Assembly (NCBI GenBank): GCA_019057865.1
Contig: JAHLWP010000007.1
Location: forward strand, 1-64,000
Reading direction: 5' to 3'
Length of the DNA: 64,000 nucleotides
Source: Promethearchaeota archaeon
GTDB taxonomy: Archaea > Asgardarchaeota > Lokiarchaeia > Sigyniarchaeales > SOKP01
In this document: positions 10,020 to 20,297 of the stretch, piece after piece
How the letters are laid out: each line of letters begins with the position of its first letter
How positions within the stretch are numbered: position 1 is the stretch's first letter
Made by a program: the position numbers and the translations under genes
The notes under the pieces: generated by a model
The model's database searches: none
Told to the model about the DNA's origin: nothing
The model's input: the letters and a program-made list of their open reading frames with translations, nothing else

Positions 10020-10835
10020 TTAATTTTTTGCTTGTTCTAATAAAAAATCTGCTACGATCTTTGGACCATTTTTGATATAATTAAAATTTGGAGTGCAATT
10101 AATATCAGTTAAATAAAATTGACCTTTTGATTTTAAAAAATCAAGGGAAGTTAACTTCAAATCCATAATTTCCATAGCCTTATAACAGTATTCTTTTAAT
10201 TCAGGAATTTCATCGATCTGATGTCGTGATTCCATTTTGTTAGAGTTAACTAAAATTGGTAGTTGTTTATAATAATATACTTTATCACCAATACCGTAGA
10301 TTTTATATTCCCATTTGCTTTTTATGAATTTCTGATAATAGAGATAATTATATCTAGGGTCTTTAGTATCAACTTCGAGTAAAGCTCTTTCATCAGCTAC
10401 TTGTAAATGTCCATTTTCTCTCTTTACTATAGGTTTAAATTTGTAAATCTTCTGATCAATAATATTCTTTATAATAAACTCCTTAAAATGAGGTAATATC
10501 CCTTTAGGATTTAATGTGAAATCTGGTATAGGAATTCCAGCCTCTTTTAAATAAACACTATTTAAAAATCTATTAATGGCTAACCAGCATCCCTTATAGG
10601 AGTTAATAACAGGTATTGAGGTTTCTTCTTCAATGAATTTTACTAATCCTAAGATAAGATCACCTTTACCTTTAACAAAAAAGATATCTTCATCAAATTT
10701 CAAATTTGAACTATCTACGAGAAATGATTCTTCAATATACAATTTAACTTCTGCTTTTGAATTTAGATATTTCAAGAAATCAGTAACTTTATATTCCAAG
10801 TGGTATTTGTCAATAATTATTCCTACTTTTTTCAA
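10020..10835 (-). CDS. ATP-grasp protein (ITPK1-like)
   Basis: YQKFI...EYKIYGIGD, LDFL, TDINCTPNF. Confidence 0.75.
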   Translation of the reverse strand: MKKVGIIIDKYHLEYKVTDFLKYLNSKAEVKLYIEESFLVDSSNLKFDEDIFFVKGKGDLILGLVKFIEEETSIPVINSYKGCWLAINRFLNSVYLKEAGIPIPDFTLNPKGILPHFKEFIIKNIIDQKIYKFKPIVKRENGHLQVADERALLEVDTKDPRYNYLYYQKFIKSKWEYKIYGIGDKVYYYKQLPILVNSNKMESRHQIDEIPELKEYCYKAMEIMDLKLTSLDFLKSKGQFYLTDINCTPNFNYIKNGPKIVADFLLEQAKN

Positions 10836-11053
10836 ATAATTACCCTAAGCAGCCTTTTATCTATAATATAGAACTTTTTCTTTAATATTTAATAAATAAT
10901 ATTTATCTAATTTAAATAAACTCAAAATAATTGTGTTTTAGTCAATTAAACTTGGAAATATATAGAGTTATTATACTAATTACTTAACTTAATATCAAAA
11001 TATTTATATAACATTATTTACTCATAATTTATCAAAATAATAGGGTTTTTTAA

Positions 11054-11968
11054 GTGTCAAATAAGCTTAATAGAATCTATATAGGAGTTATTTGCAATCG
11101 CGATCTTGAAGTTTTCGAACAGATCAAGAAATTCTTAAGTAAAAATTACAATATCTCAATTGTGAACCTATATAGAAATGGCACTGAAGCTTCTATTGCC
11201 AAGTATATTAAAAAAAAGCTAAATAAATACCCTATTTCATTGATCATAATTAAATTATTATCAGAGGATTCTAATCAAGTAATATACAATGCACTTGATA
11301 AAATTGCTCCAAAGATTCCATTATTAAATAGTCTTAAATCGGTTAAAACTTGTGAAAGTAGAAGAGAAACATTTAGATTAATTGAGCAAAAATGTAAGAA
11401 ATTAAAAATTCCACAGTTTTTTCAATCTACTTATGATGCTTATAAGGCTTGTTCTAATGGGAAAAAAATAATAATCAAATTAGACACTCATAACATACCT
11501 TATTTACCAAAGAATGATAGAATTATAGGAGTTGCTAAAAATCCAATACAACTCAAAAATTTAATAAATGATTATAAAGAATCTTCGTTATTTTTCCAAG
11601 AGTATTTAGGTAAACCTGATATAATTTATAAAATATATGTAGTAGATCGCTGGGCTGTTTCTATTACCTCACATAATCGATTACAACGAAATGAAAACTT
11701 ATCTCCATTAGATTTAATACATATTAGGGTTCCCATTGAAAAACAGCTGAAAAGAGGAATATTAAGATTAGGGAGAACCTTTAGAATGCCAATTTTTGGC
11801 ATAGATTACATAATAAATAAAGATGGTGAACCTTATGTTGTTGATGTTAATGATTTTCCAAGTTTTAGAAACATTCCTGAAGCAGTAAGCTTAATTTCAG
11901 ACTATATTTATAATGTTATAGTAACAAGACCACAACTGTTAAAAGTTCCAGTAAAAGTGAAGGGATAA
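11054..11968 (+). CDS. ATP-grasp inositol phosphate kinase (ITPK1-like)
   Basis: FQEYL...YKIYVV, FGIDYI, VDVNDFPSF; adjacent to MIPS. Confidence 0.75.
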   Translation: MSNKLNRIYIGVICNRDLEVFEQIKKFLSKNYNISIVNLYRNGTEASIAKYIKKKLNKYPISLIIIKLLSEDSNQVIYNALDKIAPKIPLLNSLKSVKTCESRRETFRLIEQKCKKLKIPQFFQSTYDAYKACSNGKKIIIKLDTHNIPYLPKNDRIIGVAKNPIQLKNLINDYKESSLFFQEYLGKPDIIYKIYVVDRWAVSITSHNRLQRNENLSPLDLIHIRVPIEKQLKRGILRLGRTFRMPIFGIDYIINKDGEPYVVDVNDFPSFRNIPEAVSLISDYIYNVIVTRPQLLKVPVKVKG

Positions 11969-12012
11969 GATTAGAATTTAAGAATTAGTAAAATTTAAGT
12001 TATTTTACTATT

Positions 12013-13107
12013 TTATCGCTCCCTTTTATTTTCAATAAACTCTACTAAGCGTTCTTTAGCGATAAAATCTTCTAATTGTTCTGGTGGATGTTTCATAAAG
12101 AAAGAACAAGCAGTTTCTAGCACACCACTAATATTCCTATCTCTGGCGATTTTTGAAATTCTTATGCAATCAGCTATGACTCCAGCAGAATTGTTTCCAT
12201 CTTCAACAAACATCGTAAGATCAACTCTCACAGGAGCACCACCAAATATTCGTCCTTCAAGTCTCATATAAGCTTCTTTTTGATTTTTTAAAAAGGGGAT
12301 ATAATCAACAGCAGATATTTGACATTCAATGGTATCTTTATTTTGGAGTTTTGCTATAACAGCTTCTGTTTTTGATTGACGTTTTCCTTCTTCATATACT
12401 AATTCACCATCTGGTTTACGAGTTAAAAGATTGCAAAAATCACTACAACCACCCCAATCTAATTGAATAGTGCGATCTAATATTGCACCCCGCATGGGAA
12501 AAAGATTTGCTAAAGAACGATGGATGATTGTTGCACCAATTTGAGATTTCACATCATCTCCTATTATTGTTAGATTTAAGCCTTCTGCCTTTTTAACTAT
12601 TTCTGGATTTTTTGCAACATATGAAGGCATACCATTAACTACACATACCCCTGCTTCAAGAGCTGACATGGCATAAAATTTAACAGCTTTATGTGCTCCA
12701 GTGGGAAGGATTATAACTGCTATATCAACATCTCGATCTTTCATTTCTCTTACAACATCAACAGGTTCTTGACTATTGGATACTGGAACAATATTTTTAA
12801 TATTACTATCTAAACCATCCATTATAGGACCCTTTAGTATTGGAGCCTCCAAGAAATCAGGTTGGTAAAGTTTCATATTACAATTAGGCTCTGCAAAAAT
12901 TGCTTCACTCATGTCTTTTCCTACTTTATTTGAATTTACATCAAATCCAAGTACAAAATTAATATCATTTATATTATATTCCTTTATTTCAGGTATTAAT
13001 CCGATAATTTTGTCAGGATTTTTTTTGTAGTTTTCTGTTCCTTGCACTAACGCACTAGCAACATCCCCAAAACCAATGATACATATGTTTATTTTTTTAT
13101 TCGCCAT
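12013..13107 (-). CDS. ino1: myo-inositol-1-phosphate synthase
   Basis: GFGDVASALVQG, GDDVKSQIGATIIHR, SKTEAV, VEDGNNSAGV, FMKHPP. Confidence 0.92.
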   Translation of the reverse strand: MANKKINICIIGFGDVASALVQGTENYKKNPDKIIGLIPEIKEYNINDINFVLGFDVNSNKVGKDMSEAIFAEPNCNMKLYQPDFLEAPILKGPIMDGLDSNIKNIVPVSNSQEPVDVVREMKDRDVDIAVIILPTGAHKAVKFYAMSALEAGVCVVNGMPSYVAKNPEIVKKAEGLNLTIIGDDVKSQIGATIIHRSLANLFPMRGAILDRTIQLDWGGCSDFCNLLTRKPDGELVYEEGKRQSKTEAVIAKLQNKDTIECQISAVDYIPFLKNQKEAYMRLEGRIFGGAPVRVDLTMFVEDGNNSAGVIADCIRISKIARDRNISGVLETACSFFMKHPPEQLEDFIAKERLVEFIENKRER

Positions 13108-13250
13108 GATATTCTTAATATAAAATTATTATATTTAAATCATTTTAAATTGAAGCGATCTCTATATATGTTATAAGTAGTTGAATGACGTTTACAGCTT
13201 ATCAATTTCAACAAGATTTAAGAAGATTTCTTACAAATACAATATAAAAA

Positions 13251-14144
13251 ATGACTAAAAAATTAATTTTTTCAGCAGTTAAGGACCATGAAGTTATCAA
13301 AAAGGTTATTAAAAACTTAAGAAATGAATATGAAATTTCATTAAAGTTACATGATCCAACAGAAGACTTTCTTGATTTAGAGAAAATTTCTGATTTATTC
13401 GAAGATATTGATTTATTAATTGTAAAAGTAAGAAGTGAATGTTCAATAGATTTACTCCATCTTGCTAAATTATATAAAATACCTACTTTGCATGATATTG
13501 ATACTGTTTTGATGTGTAAGAATAAAATCGCTCTTGATTTTGCAATAAGAAAGGTTTTAAAAGAAAATTCAGATGTCTTAAATAACTTTTTAGTTCCCAA
13601 ATCATGGACACATTCCCTCAAAAATATAAATAAATTTAAAGAATGGGCTTTACCAAAATTGCCTATTGTTATAAAAAGTCATTATCAACATGATAAATAT
13701 AACAGATTTAACTTTTTGGTTCAAAAAATTGGAGAAGTCGAAAAATTTTGTGAAAGATATAAAATTTTCTTATTTTATGATGTATATATTCAGGAGTTTA
13801 TTGAATGCGACGGTATGGAATATAAAATCTACGTTATTGGAGATAAAATTTATGGAATTGAAAGGGAAAATCCAATATATATTTATTTGAGAGATAAGTC
13901 GGAAGATATCGATGTGGAAAAGTTGAAAAGAAAACAATTTGAAATTTCTGATGATATAAGAATTTTAGTTGAAATCCTTTCAAAAGAATTAAATTTAAAA
14001 ATTTTCGGATTTGATTTAATTAAGCCAATTAATCTTGAAAAATATTATATTATTGACCTAAATGATTTTCCGAGCTTTAAAGGAATTCAGAATGTAGAAA
14101 ATACTATAGTAGCCTATATTAAAAATTATTTATTCAAGAATTAA
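13251..14144 (+). CDS. ATP-grasp inositol phosphate kinase (ITPK1-like)
   Basis: IQEFIECDGMEYKIYVIGD, FGFDLI, IIDLNDFPSF. Confidence 0.78.
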   Translation: MTKKLIFSAVKDHEVIKKVIKNLRNEYEISLKLHDPTEDFLDLEKISDLFEDIDLLIVKVRSECSIDLLHLAKLYKIPTLHDIDTVLMCKNKIALDFAIRKVLKENSDVLNNFLVPKSWTHSLKNINKFKEWALPKLPIVIKSHYQHDKYNRFNFLVQKIGEVEKFCERYKIFLFYDVYIQEFIECDGMEYKIYVIGDKIYGIERENPIYIYLRDKSEDIDVEKLKRKQFEISDDIRILVEILSKELNLKIFGFDLIKPINLEKYYIIDLNDFPSFKGIQNVENTIVAYIKNYLFKN

Positions 14145-14995
14145 GCTATTGAAGTTATTATTAAAATTGGTAATACTATAGCATAAGTAATTATTCCATA
14201 TAAGACACAGAAATATCCAAATTCTATTTTATTCGCAATTTTAAGCAATATTTCAATAGAAAAATAACCTACTACAAAACTAATTAATGTAATAAGAAAT
14301 ATTGTAAGGATATCTAAAGTACCAAATACAGAACCTTCGCCAAAAATAATATCTACACCAATAGACGCAAAAACAACAGGAACTGACATTAAAAAACTTA
14401 ATTTCAAAGCATTTTCTTGGTTGTATTTTTCATATATTATCGTTGAGACCGTAACTCCTGAACGTGAAATCCCAGGCAGTATGGATACTCCTTGAGTTAA
14501 ACCTGATAAAAAGCTATCTTTTATGATTTGATCTTTTGAAATATCAGTAATCGCATTATCACCAAAAGTTTTTTTAACTTTTAGCAAAATTACTCCAGTA
14601 ACAATTAATAAGCCAGAAATTACCAAAGTAATTATATCTCCTTGGAAAGCAGTAAAATTAGCAATAATTAAAACTTTAAATAAGAAATACAGAGGTATTG
14701 CGGTAATTGCCGTACCAATTGTTGCATAAATAAGCCAATTTCTTTTTTTTATATCGATATCGTCTATGTTATTGGTTTTAGGCATAAATGATTCGAGAAT
14801 ACTTATAAAATCTACTCTAAATTTAAATATAACAGCTAATGCTGTTCCTAGATGTAACCATATGGCAAGACTAAACGCTTCTTCAGGAGTAATATTAAAT
14901 AAAGTAGTAGAAAAGATCATAACTTGTCCTGAGGATGATATGGGAATCCATTCAAATAGACCTTGCAAAATTGCGATAATTATATATTCAATCAT
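14141..14995 (-). CDS. uppP: Undecaprenyl-diphosphate phosphatase (BacA family)
   Basis: QGLFEWIPISSSG, LHLGT, LPGISRSGVT. Confidence 0.9.
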   Translation of the reverse strand: MIEYIIIAILQGLFEWIPISSSGQVMIFSTTLFNITPEEAFSLAIWLHLGTALAVIFKFRVDFISILESFMPKTNNIDDIDIKKRNWLIYATIGTAITAIPLYFLFKVLIIANFTAFQGDIITLVISGLLIVTGVILLKVKKTFGDNAITDISKDQIIKDSFLSGLTQGVSILPGISRSGVTVSTIIYEKYNQENALKLSFLMSVPVVFASIGVDIIFGEGSVFGTLDILTIFLITLISFVVGYFSIEILLKIANKIEFGYFCVLYGIITYAIVLPILIITSIA

Positions 14996-14998
14996 GGT

Positions 14999-15478
14999 TT
15001 AAAATGAATACTTGTTTAATCCTTTCAATAAAGAATCAAGAATCTCATCACGAGCAATTCTAAATCCCTCAATTTCTTTCATTGAGGGATCTTTTATATC
15101 CCCACTTGACCCCGCGAATTCTTTTAATGTAAAAATTTCCTTATAATTAACATTTATAAATTTCATAAGTTCAGTTTTATGCTTCTCTGTCAAAGTGAGA
15201 ATTAAATCTACATCAATAATGAATTCTGGATGTTTTTTCAAATCGATTGATGCAGAATTATCGGGTAATTTAATTCCAATCTCTTCCATAACTAATTTCG
15301 CATCCATTGAAATAAGCATTCCATCTCGAGCATGAGAAGAAATGCCTCCTGATTTAACTACAACATTTAAATTATGTCTAGAAAAGAAATCTTTCAAAAA
15401 ACCTTCAGCCATTCTGCTTCTAGCAGTGTTTACACTACATACAACTAAAATTGATTTATAAGGAAATTTTTTAACCAT
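14999..15478 (-). CDS. Low-molecular-weight protein tyrosine phosphatase family
   Basis: VCSVNTARSRMAE P-loop and DIKDP; start likely ATG 15478. Confidence 0.85.
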   Translation of the reverse strand: MVKKFPYKSILVVCSVNTARSRMAEGFLKDFFSRHNLNVVVKSGGISSHARDGMLISMDAKLVMEEIGIKLPDNSASIDLKKHPEFIIDVDLILTLTEKHKTELMKFINVNYKEIFTLKEFAGSSGDIKDPSMKEIEGFRIARDEILDSLLKGLNKYSF

Positions 15479-15514
15479 TATTTGAATTAAAAGAAAGATG
15501 TAAAAAAACAATTA

Positions 15515-16189
15515 TTATTTGAAACTCTCTTTATTTATGAAATTTATTCCTCTATTCTTCATGATTTTTAATGAATTTGATATGTTTCCAGGGGGGAGAT
15601 CAACACCTCTTGTTAAATCAACTAAAAAGTATACATCATATCCAAAATCTACTCCATCAACAGCAGTGAAATAACAACAATAATCTAGTGCTAATCCACA
15701 GATAAAAATTCGCTTGATATTCAATGAATTTAAATATTTTCTTAATCCAGTTTCAGATTTTTTATCATTATCTTGAAAACCAGAATAACTATCAACATTG
15801 GGCTTCATTCCTTTTTGTATTATTTTGTCAGCTAAATCTATTTTCAAATCTTTATAGAATTCAGCACTTTCAGTGTCTTGCACACAATGATCAGGCCATA
15901 AAATAGGCCCGATAGCACCATCTTCAGATGTAAACTCATCTCCAGGATTTTTCCCAGGGTGATTGCTAGCAAATGATAAATGATTAAGCGGGTGCCAATC
16001 TTGAGTTAATACAACTATAGCTTTCTTATTTTTGAATATCTTAGCAACTAAATTAATACCCTCTATTATTAGATCTCCTTCCTCAACCGGTAATGATCCT
16101 CCAGGAATAAAGTCATTTTGCATATCAATAATTAGTAGTGCATCTTTTTTATCAATCTTAATATTTTTTTTAAATTCCAGCTCTTCTAT
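15515..16189 (-). CDS. pncA: Nicotinamidase/pyrazinamidase
   Basis: ALLIIDMQNDF (the catalytic Asp lies upstream of the track ATG), QDWHP, WPDHCVQ, SYSGF, GLALDYC. Start coordinate is inferred (ATA/ATT/CTG). Confidence 0.88.
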   Translation of the reverse strand: MEELEFKKNIKIDKKDALLIIDMQNDFIPGGSLPVEEGDLIIEGINLVAKIFKNKKAIVVLTQDWHPLNHLSFASNHPGKNPGDEFTSEDGAIGPILWPDHCVQDTESAEFYKDLKIDLADKIIQKGMKPNVDSYSGFQDNDKKSETGLRKYLNSLNIKRIFICGLALDYCCYFTAVDGVDFGYDVYFLVDLTRGVDLPPGNISNSLKIMKNRGINFINKESFK

Positions 16190-16241
16190 AATAATCGCCT
16201 TAAATAAAAATTCTTTGAGTTCTAAAACACTCTAGTAATAA

Positions 16242-16913
16242 TTAAATTTTCTTATATAACAAATAGCTTGAATTGAATAGAACCCAAAATAACATGGAAA
16301 ACATCACAATCCACTCTGTTGTTGGTAAGATTGTATATACCGCTCTCCCGAAGTCCTCGCATAAATCAGCGTAATAATTACATATATTTGTAATGAAGAA
16401 TGGGATTAAGAAAAAAATAAATATTCCTGCAACAATAAAACCTATATTTATTTGGAGCTTTGAGAATTTTGAATTTTTCAACATTGAGAAACTAAAAAGA
16501 AGGCAAAAAGCAGCTCCACCTAACCAACTAAAAAGAGCAAATAATCCATGTATATCTGATAATTTTCCCCCCGAAAAAATCCCAGCGCATGATGCTGACA
16601 CAGAAGAAATAATCCCTCCTATGACAGCACTTTTTCTTAGATATTCATCTACATTTTCATCTTTGATAACTCTCCCGAAATAGACCATAAAAGGAATTGC
16701 CAAGAATCCTGATACAATTAATCCAATTCTTAAATAAATTCCCCCAGTTTGATGTCCTAGTAAACTTATTGATTGGTCCCACATCACATATTCAGGAGAT
16801 AGTGATAGTGCTAAAATATCACCTAATAATCCAACAAAAACAGATAAAAATCCAAATATGTATCCAGGTATAATATCAAAAAGACTATCAAAAATCTCGT
16901 TTACTTTTTTCAT
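16242..16913 (-). CDS. DUF998 / Frag1-DRAM-like membrane protein
   Basis: About 6 TM segments; SISLLG, IHGLFA, EW motif; paralogue of the next gene. Confidence 0.65.
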   Translation of the reverse strand: MKKVNEIFDSLFDIIPGYIFGFLSVFVGLLGDILALSLSPEYVMWDQSISLLGHQTGGIYLRIGLIVSGFLAIPFMVYFGRVIKDENVDEYLRKSAVIGGIISSVSASCAGIFSGGKLSDIHGLFALFSWLGGAAFCLLFSFSMLKNSKFSKLQINIGFIVAGIFIFFLIPFFITNICNYYADLCEDFGRAVYTILPTTEWIVMFSMLFWVLFNSSYLLYKKI

Positions 16914-16992
16914 ATTTAATACCCTAAACTTTATAATTTAAAAAAATTTTTATAAAAAATTAAAACTGGTATTAGATAGAGTATTCTTAGAA

Positions 16993-17643
16993 TTAAATTT
17001 TTTTATAAATCATATAAGTCGATATAATAAAATACCAAAAAATAATAGCAAAAGTATCTATCCACTCTATAGAAGGTAAAATTATTACTAGAAACTGTGT
17101 TGCCTTAAAAAAATGCAAAATAAAAATGATTAGTAACACCAATAGAAGAAATGATACAATAAACCCTAAATATGCTAAATTCTTGGAAAATTTTAAATCC
17201 TTCATGATAAATAGACTAAAAAGTGAAATATATATCAACCCAGAAAGCCAACAAATAAAAGCAAAACTGCCATGTATTAGCGCAACTATAGGATTTGAAC
17301 CACAGAAAGCACCTAAAATTACTAAACTCACACAAGAAACCAGTGCCATATATATAGAGTTTTTCCGGAGTTTTTCATTAATTCCATCTTCATCAAACGT
17401 TCTCCCTAAAGCAATAACAAAAAATATCGCGAATATCCCAGAAAATACTGTTCCAATTTGAAAATAAAGGCCTCCAGGACTTTCACATAAATAACTTACT
17501 GCATTTTTCGTAAAATCAAAACCTGGAAAAAGTAAAAGTGCAATAATATCACCAGTAATTCCAAAAATAATTGATAATATACCAAATACCCCTCCTGAAA
17601 CAGGTTGTAGAATTTTATTAATGATTGAATTTAGTCCTTTCAA
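16993..17643 (-). CDS. DUF998 / Frag1-DRAM-like membrane protein (tandem paralogue)
   Basis: AVSYL, IHGSFA, IEWI; same architecture as 16242..16913. Confidence 0.65.
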   Translation of the reverse strand: MKGLNSIINKILQPVSGGVFGILSIIFGITGDIIALLLFPGFDFTKNAVSYLCESPGGLYFQIGTVFSGIFAIFFVIALGRTFDEDGINEKLRKNSIYMALVSCVSLVILGAFCGSNPIVALIHGSFAFICWLSGLIYISLFSLFIMKDLKFSKNLAYLGFIVSFLLLVLLIIFILHFFKATQFLVIILPSIEWIDTFAIIFWYFIISTYMIYKKI

Positions 17644-17800
17644 TATAAATCATTTTGATAAATATTTTAAATTTAAAAAACTAATCGAATCATTTTCTAG
17701 AAAAATGTCAAATTAAACCAGATTAGGGGATCATGCATGAATCCAAAAAGATTAAATTTAACACTCTAATTATATTTATTAAACTATTGATACTAAATTT

Positions 17801-17896
17801 GCGCTCGTAGTATAGATTCTGTGAAAAATCAGAAGTATAATGGTAGAATCTCGGATTCCCATTCCGAGGACCCGGGTTCAATTCCCGGCGGGCGCA
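17801..17896 (+). tRNA. tRNA-Gly(CCC) with a 25-nt intron at position 15/16 (17816-17840)
   Basis: Acceptor stem GCGCTCG/CGGGCGC; anticodon arm TCGGA-TTCCCAT-TCCGA; T arm CCGGG-TTCAATT-CCCGG; BHB-like motif around the D-loop insert. Confidence 0.9.
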
Positions 17897-17908
17897 CTTA
17901 TAACTATT

Positions 17909-20095
17909 TTACCATGATAATCCTTTTATAAAGCGTAAATTATCAATGATTTTTTTTGCTTTATGGATAGGTACTTCCATAAAAGCATAAAATTCATTTT
18001 GCCAGAATGCCTTTCCAGAAGTAGTTGATCGTATATCTTCGGCGAATTTTATTGAATTCCTAACAGGAATTAATATCTCGATAATAGCTTGATAATCCTT
18101 TTCCTGATCCAAACTTTTTATTTTAGCAGAAAATTTTGAAAGTAAGGTAGTTACAACTTTAATATAATCTGGAGGAAGTTGTATAATGGAGTGATATATG
18201 GGTTCTAATAGAATTATTTCAGCTTCATTTAAACCGTTTTTAATTGCATCATAGAACATGGCAGATAATTCAGAAAAAGCATTTTCTTCACTAATTTTCT
18301 CAATTATTAGATCAGTAATAGTAATTTTAGTTTCTGCTAGCTTTTCTCCGCATAAGGGACCATTTAAGCTTATTTTTTCAATGATTTCAAGAATTAAATT
18401 TTTGTAAAACTCGTTTAGTTCAGATTCACATTGATATATTAAAACATTTTGGTCGTCATCGCATTTCCAAAATTTATTAATCTCAACATCAGATAATTGA
18501 GTTTTTTCTTTTAAGATTTCTTTTAATTTATTAAAAGGCTTTATTGTTTTATAATCAATATTTTGAAAAAACCTAACTGTTCTATTATCTAATCTTTCAA
18601 TTATTAATTCTAAGGAACATTGACCATTAGGAGAAATTGCTTTAATTAGAGAGGAATTGTATCTACAGGACTCCTTAAAAACAGCCCTAGGCTCGGATAT
18701 TGAAACATTTACTCCTCGCTTCTCTATTTCATGAGCAGTAACTTCAAGATGTAATGGGCCCACTCCAGATAGTAAAAATTCTCCATTTTCTTCGTTAATC
18801 TCGAATTTCAAATTAGGATCTTCTATTAATAAATTTTCAATAAGTCTTTTCATCTCATCTAAATCTCTCAAGTACTCCGATTCAATGGATACGGTAACAA
18901 CTGGAGTAGTTACATACTTAACACTCTCAAATGGGACCATATTGTCGATAGAATCGCTTTCTATAATAGTTTCACCGCTTTTTATTTTCTTAAGCCCTTC
19001 AATAGCTACTATATTTCCGACCGGTATTCTATCTACTTGTTCTCTTCGCTGACCCATAAAGATAGCAATTCTTTGTATTGTTCCATAGTTATTCTCTCCT
19101 AATAAGAAAACTTCATTCTTTTTTAAGCAATTTCCAGAAAAAATTCTTCCTGTTGCAACTAAACCGTGCTTATCAGCCTGAACTTTACTTAGACATATAA
19201 TTAAAGGACCTTCAGGATCACAATTAAACATTTTCTGACCTAACTTGGAATTAATATCACCATCCCAAATTTTAGCAATCCTATATTTCTGCGCATCTAT
19301 AGGATTAGGTAGATGGTCAATAACCATTTTCAATATAGCTTTATGAATTGGAAAATAAATAGCTAAATCGGCATAACTCTCCTTAGAATAAGTATCTTTA
19401 TTATATCTTACTCTAATATCTTTAAACTTAATATCACTCTTTTCTAAAATACTTAGGGTAAAACCCCATTTATGAAGAGCTGAACCAAATGCGACATTTC
19501 CAGCTAAAGGTGAAACTTTCCATCTTTTATTATAAGGATGTTCAGCATGTCTTTCAATAAGAGTATTAAAACTTTTAATTATTCTAATGTATTTTTTTTT
19601 AATTTCTTCATCTGAAAGTTTTAACTCCCGAATGAGTCTGTCTACTTTATTGATAAAGAGAACTGGTCTTACACCCTCTTGTAATGCTTGTTTAATTACT
19701 GTTTCAGATTGGGTAATTATTTCTTCAACAGCATCCACAACTACTACAACTCCATCTATTAACCTTAAAGCACGAGTTACTTTTCCACTAAAGTCTAAAT
19801 GACCGGGAGTATCTACTAAATTTATCAGGAAAGGTTCATATCCTTCAAGAGATTCATAATACAAGGAAATATTAGCAGATTTCATCGTAATTCCACGTCT
19901 CTGTTCTTCTTCCAAAAAATCTAAGGCTCTAGCTTCACCAGCCAAATCTGGTGATAAAAATCCAGCTTCGCTTAGAAGGGAATCGGATAATGTGGTTTTA
20001 CCATGATCTATGTGACCAACTAATCCTATATTACGAATATTTTGAGGTTTTTCCATTAAACCCAGAATTTCTACAATCTCCTTTCGGCGTGGCAT
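17909..20095 (-). CDS. Elongation factor 2 paralogue lacking the diphthamide loop (aEF-2p-like)
   Basis: GHIDHGKTT, RGIT, DTPGH and NKVD intact; domain IV reads DLIIEKISEENAFSEL where EF-2 has the HRG motif. Confidence 0.88.
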   Translation of the reverse strand: MPRRKEIVEILGLMEKPQNIRNIGLVGHIDHGKTTLSDSLLSEAGFLSPDLAGEARALDFLEEEQRRGITMKSANISLYYESLEGYEPFLINLVDTPGHLDFSGKVTRALRLIDGVVVVVDAVEEIITQSETVIKQALQEGVRPVLFINKVDRLIRELKLSDEEIKKKYIRIIKSFNTLIERHAEHPYNKRWKVSPLAGNVAFGSALHKWGFTLSILEKSDIKFKDIRVRYNKDTYSKESYADLAIYFPIHKAILKMVIDHLPNPIDAQKYRIAKIWDGDINSKLGQKMFNCDPEGPLIICLSKVQADKHGLVATGRIFSGNCLKKNEVFLLGENNYGTIQRIAIFMGQRREQVDRIPVGNIVAIEGLKKIKSGETIIESDSIDNMVPFESVKYVTTPVVTVSIESEYLRDLDEMKRLIENLLIEDPNLKFEINEENGEFLLSGVGPLHLEVTAHEIEKRGVNVSISEPRAVFKESCRYNSSLIKAISPNGQCSLELIIERLDNRTVRFFQNIDYKTIKPFNKLKEILKEKTQLSDVEINKFWKCDDDQNVLIYQCESELNEFYKNLILEIIEKISLNGPLCGEKLAETKITITDLIIEKISEENAFSELSAMFYDAIKNGLNEAEIILLEPIYHSIIQLPPDYIKVVTTLLSKFSAKIKSLDQEKDYQAIIEILIPVRNSIKFAEDIRSTTSGKAFWQNEFYAFMEVPIHKAKKIIDNLRFIKGLSW

Positions 20096-20297
20096 CTTCC
20101 ATGAACAATTTTTCTTATCTTTTATATAGGATTATAATTGATTTGATTAAAATTTTGGTATTATAAATTCAGAAAGTAAGCGGGAAATGACTTCTCATAA
20201 CTCAAGATCTTCTTCATCTTATTGGTTTTGAAATACCAAAATCAGTTGGGTCAGAGTATTCAAAAAAGTCATCTCCCTAATAATATTTAATTCATAG

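Noticed and set aside
17728-17744. Palindrome TCATGCATGA between the DUF998 gene and tRNA-Gly
   Set aside because: A single 10-bp palindrome with no second copy seen; could be chance.
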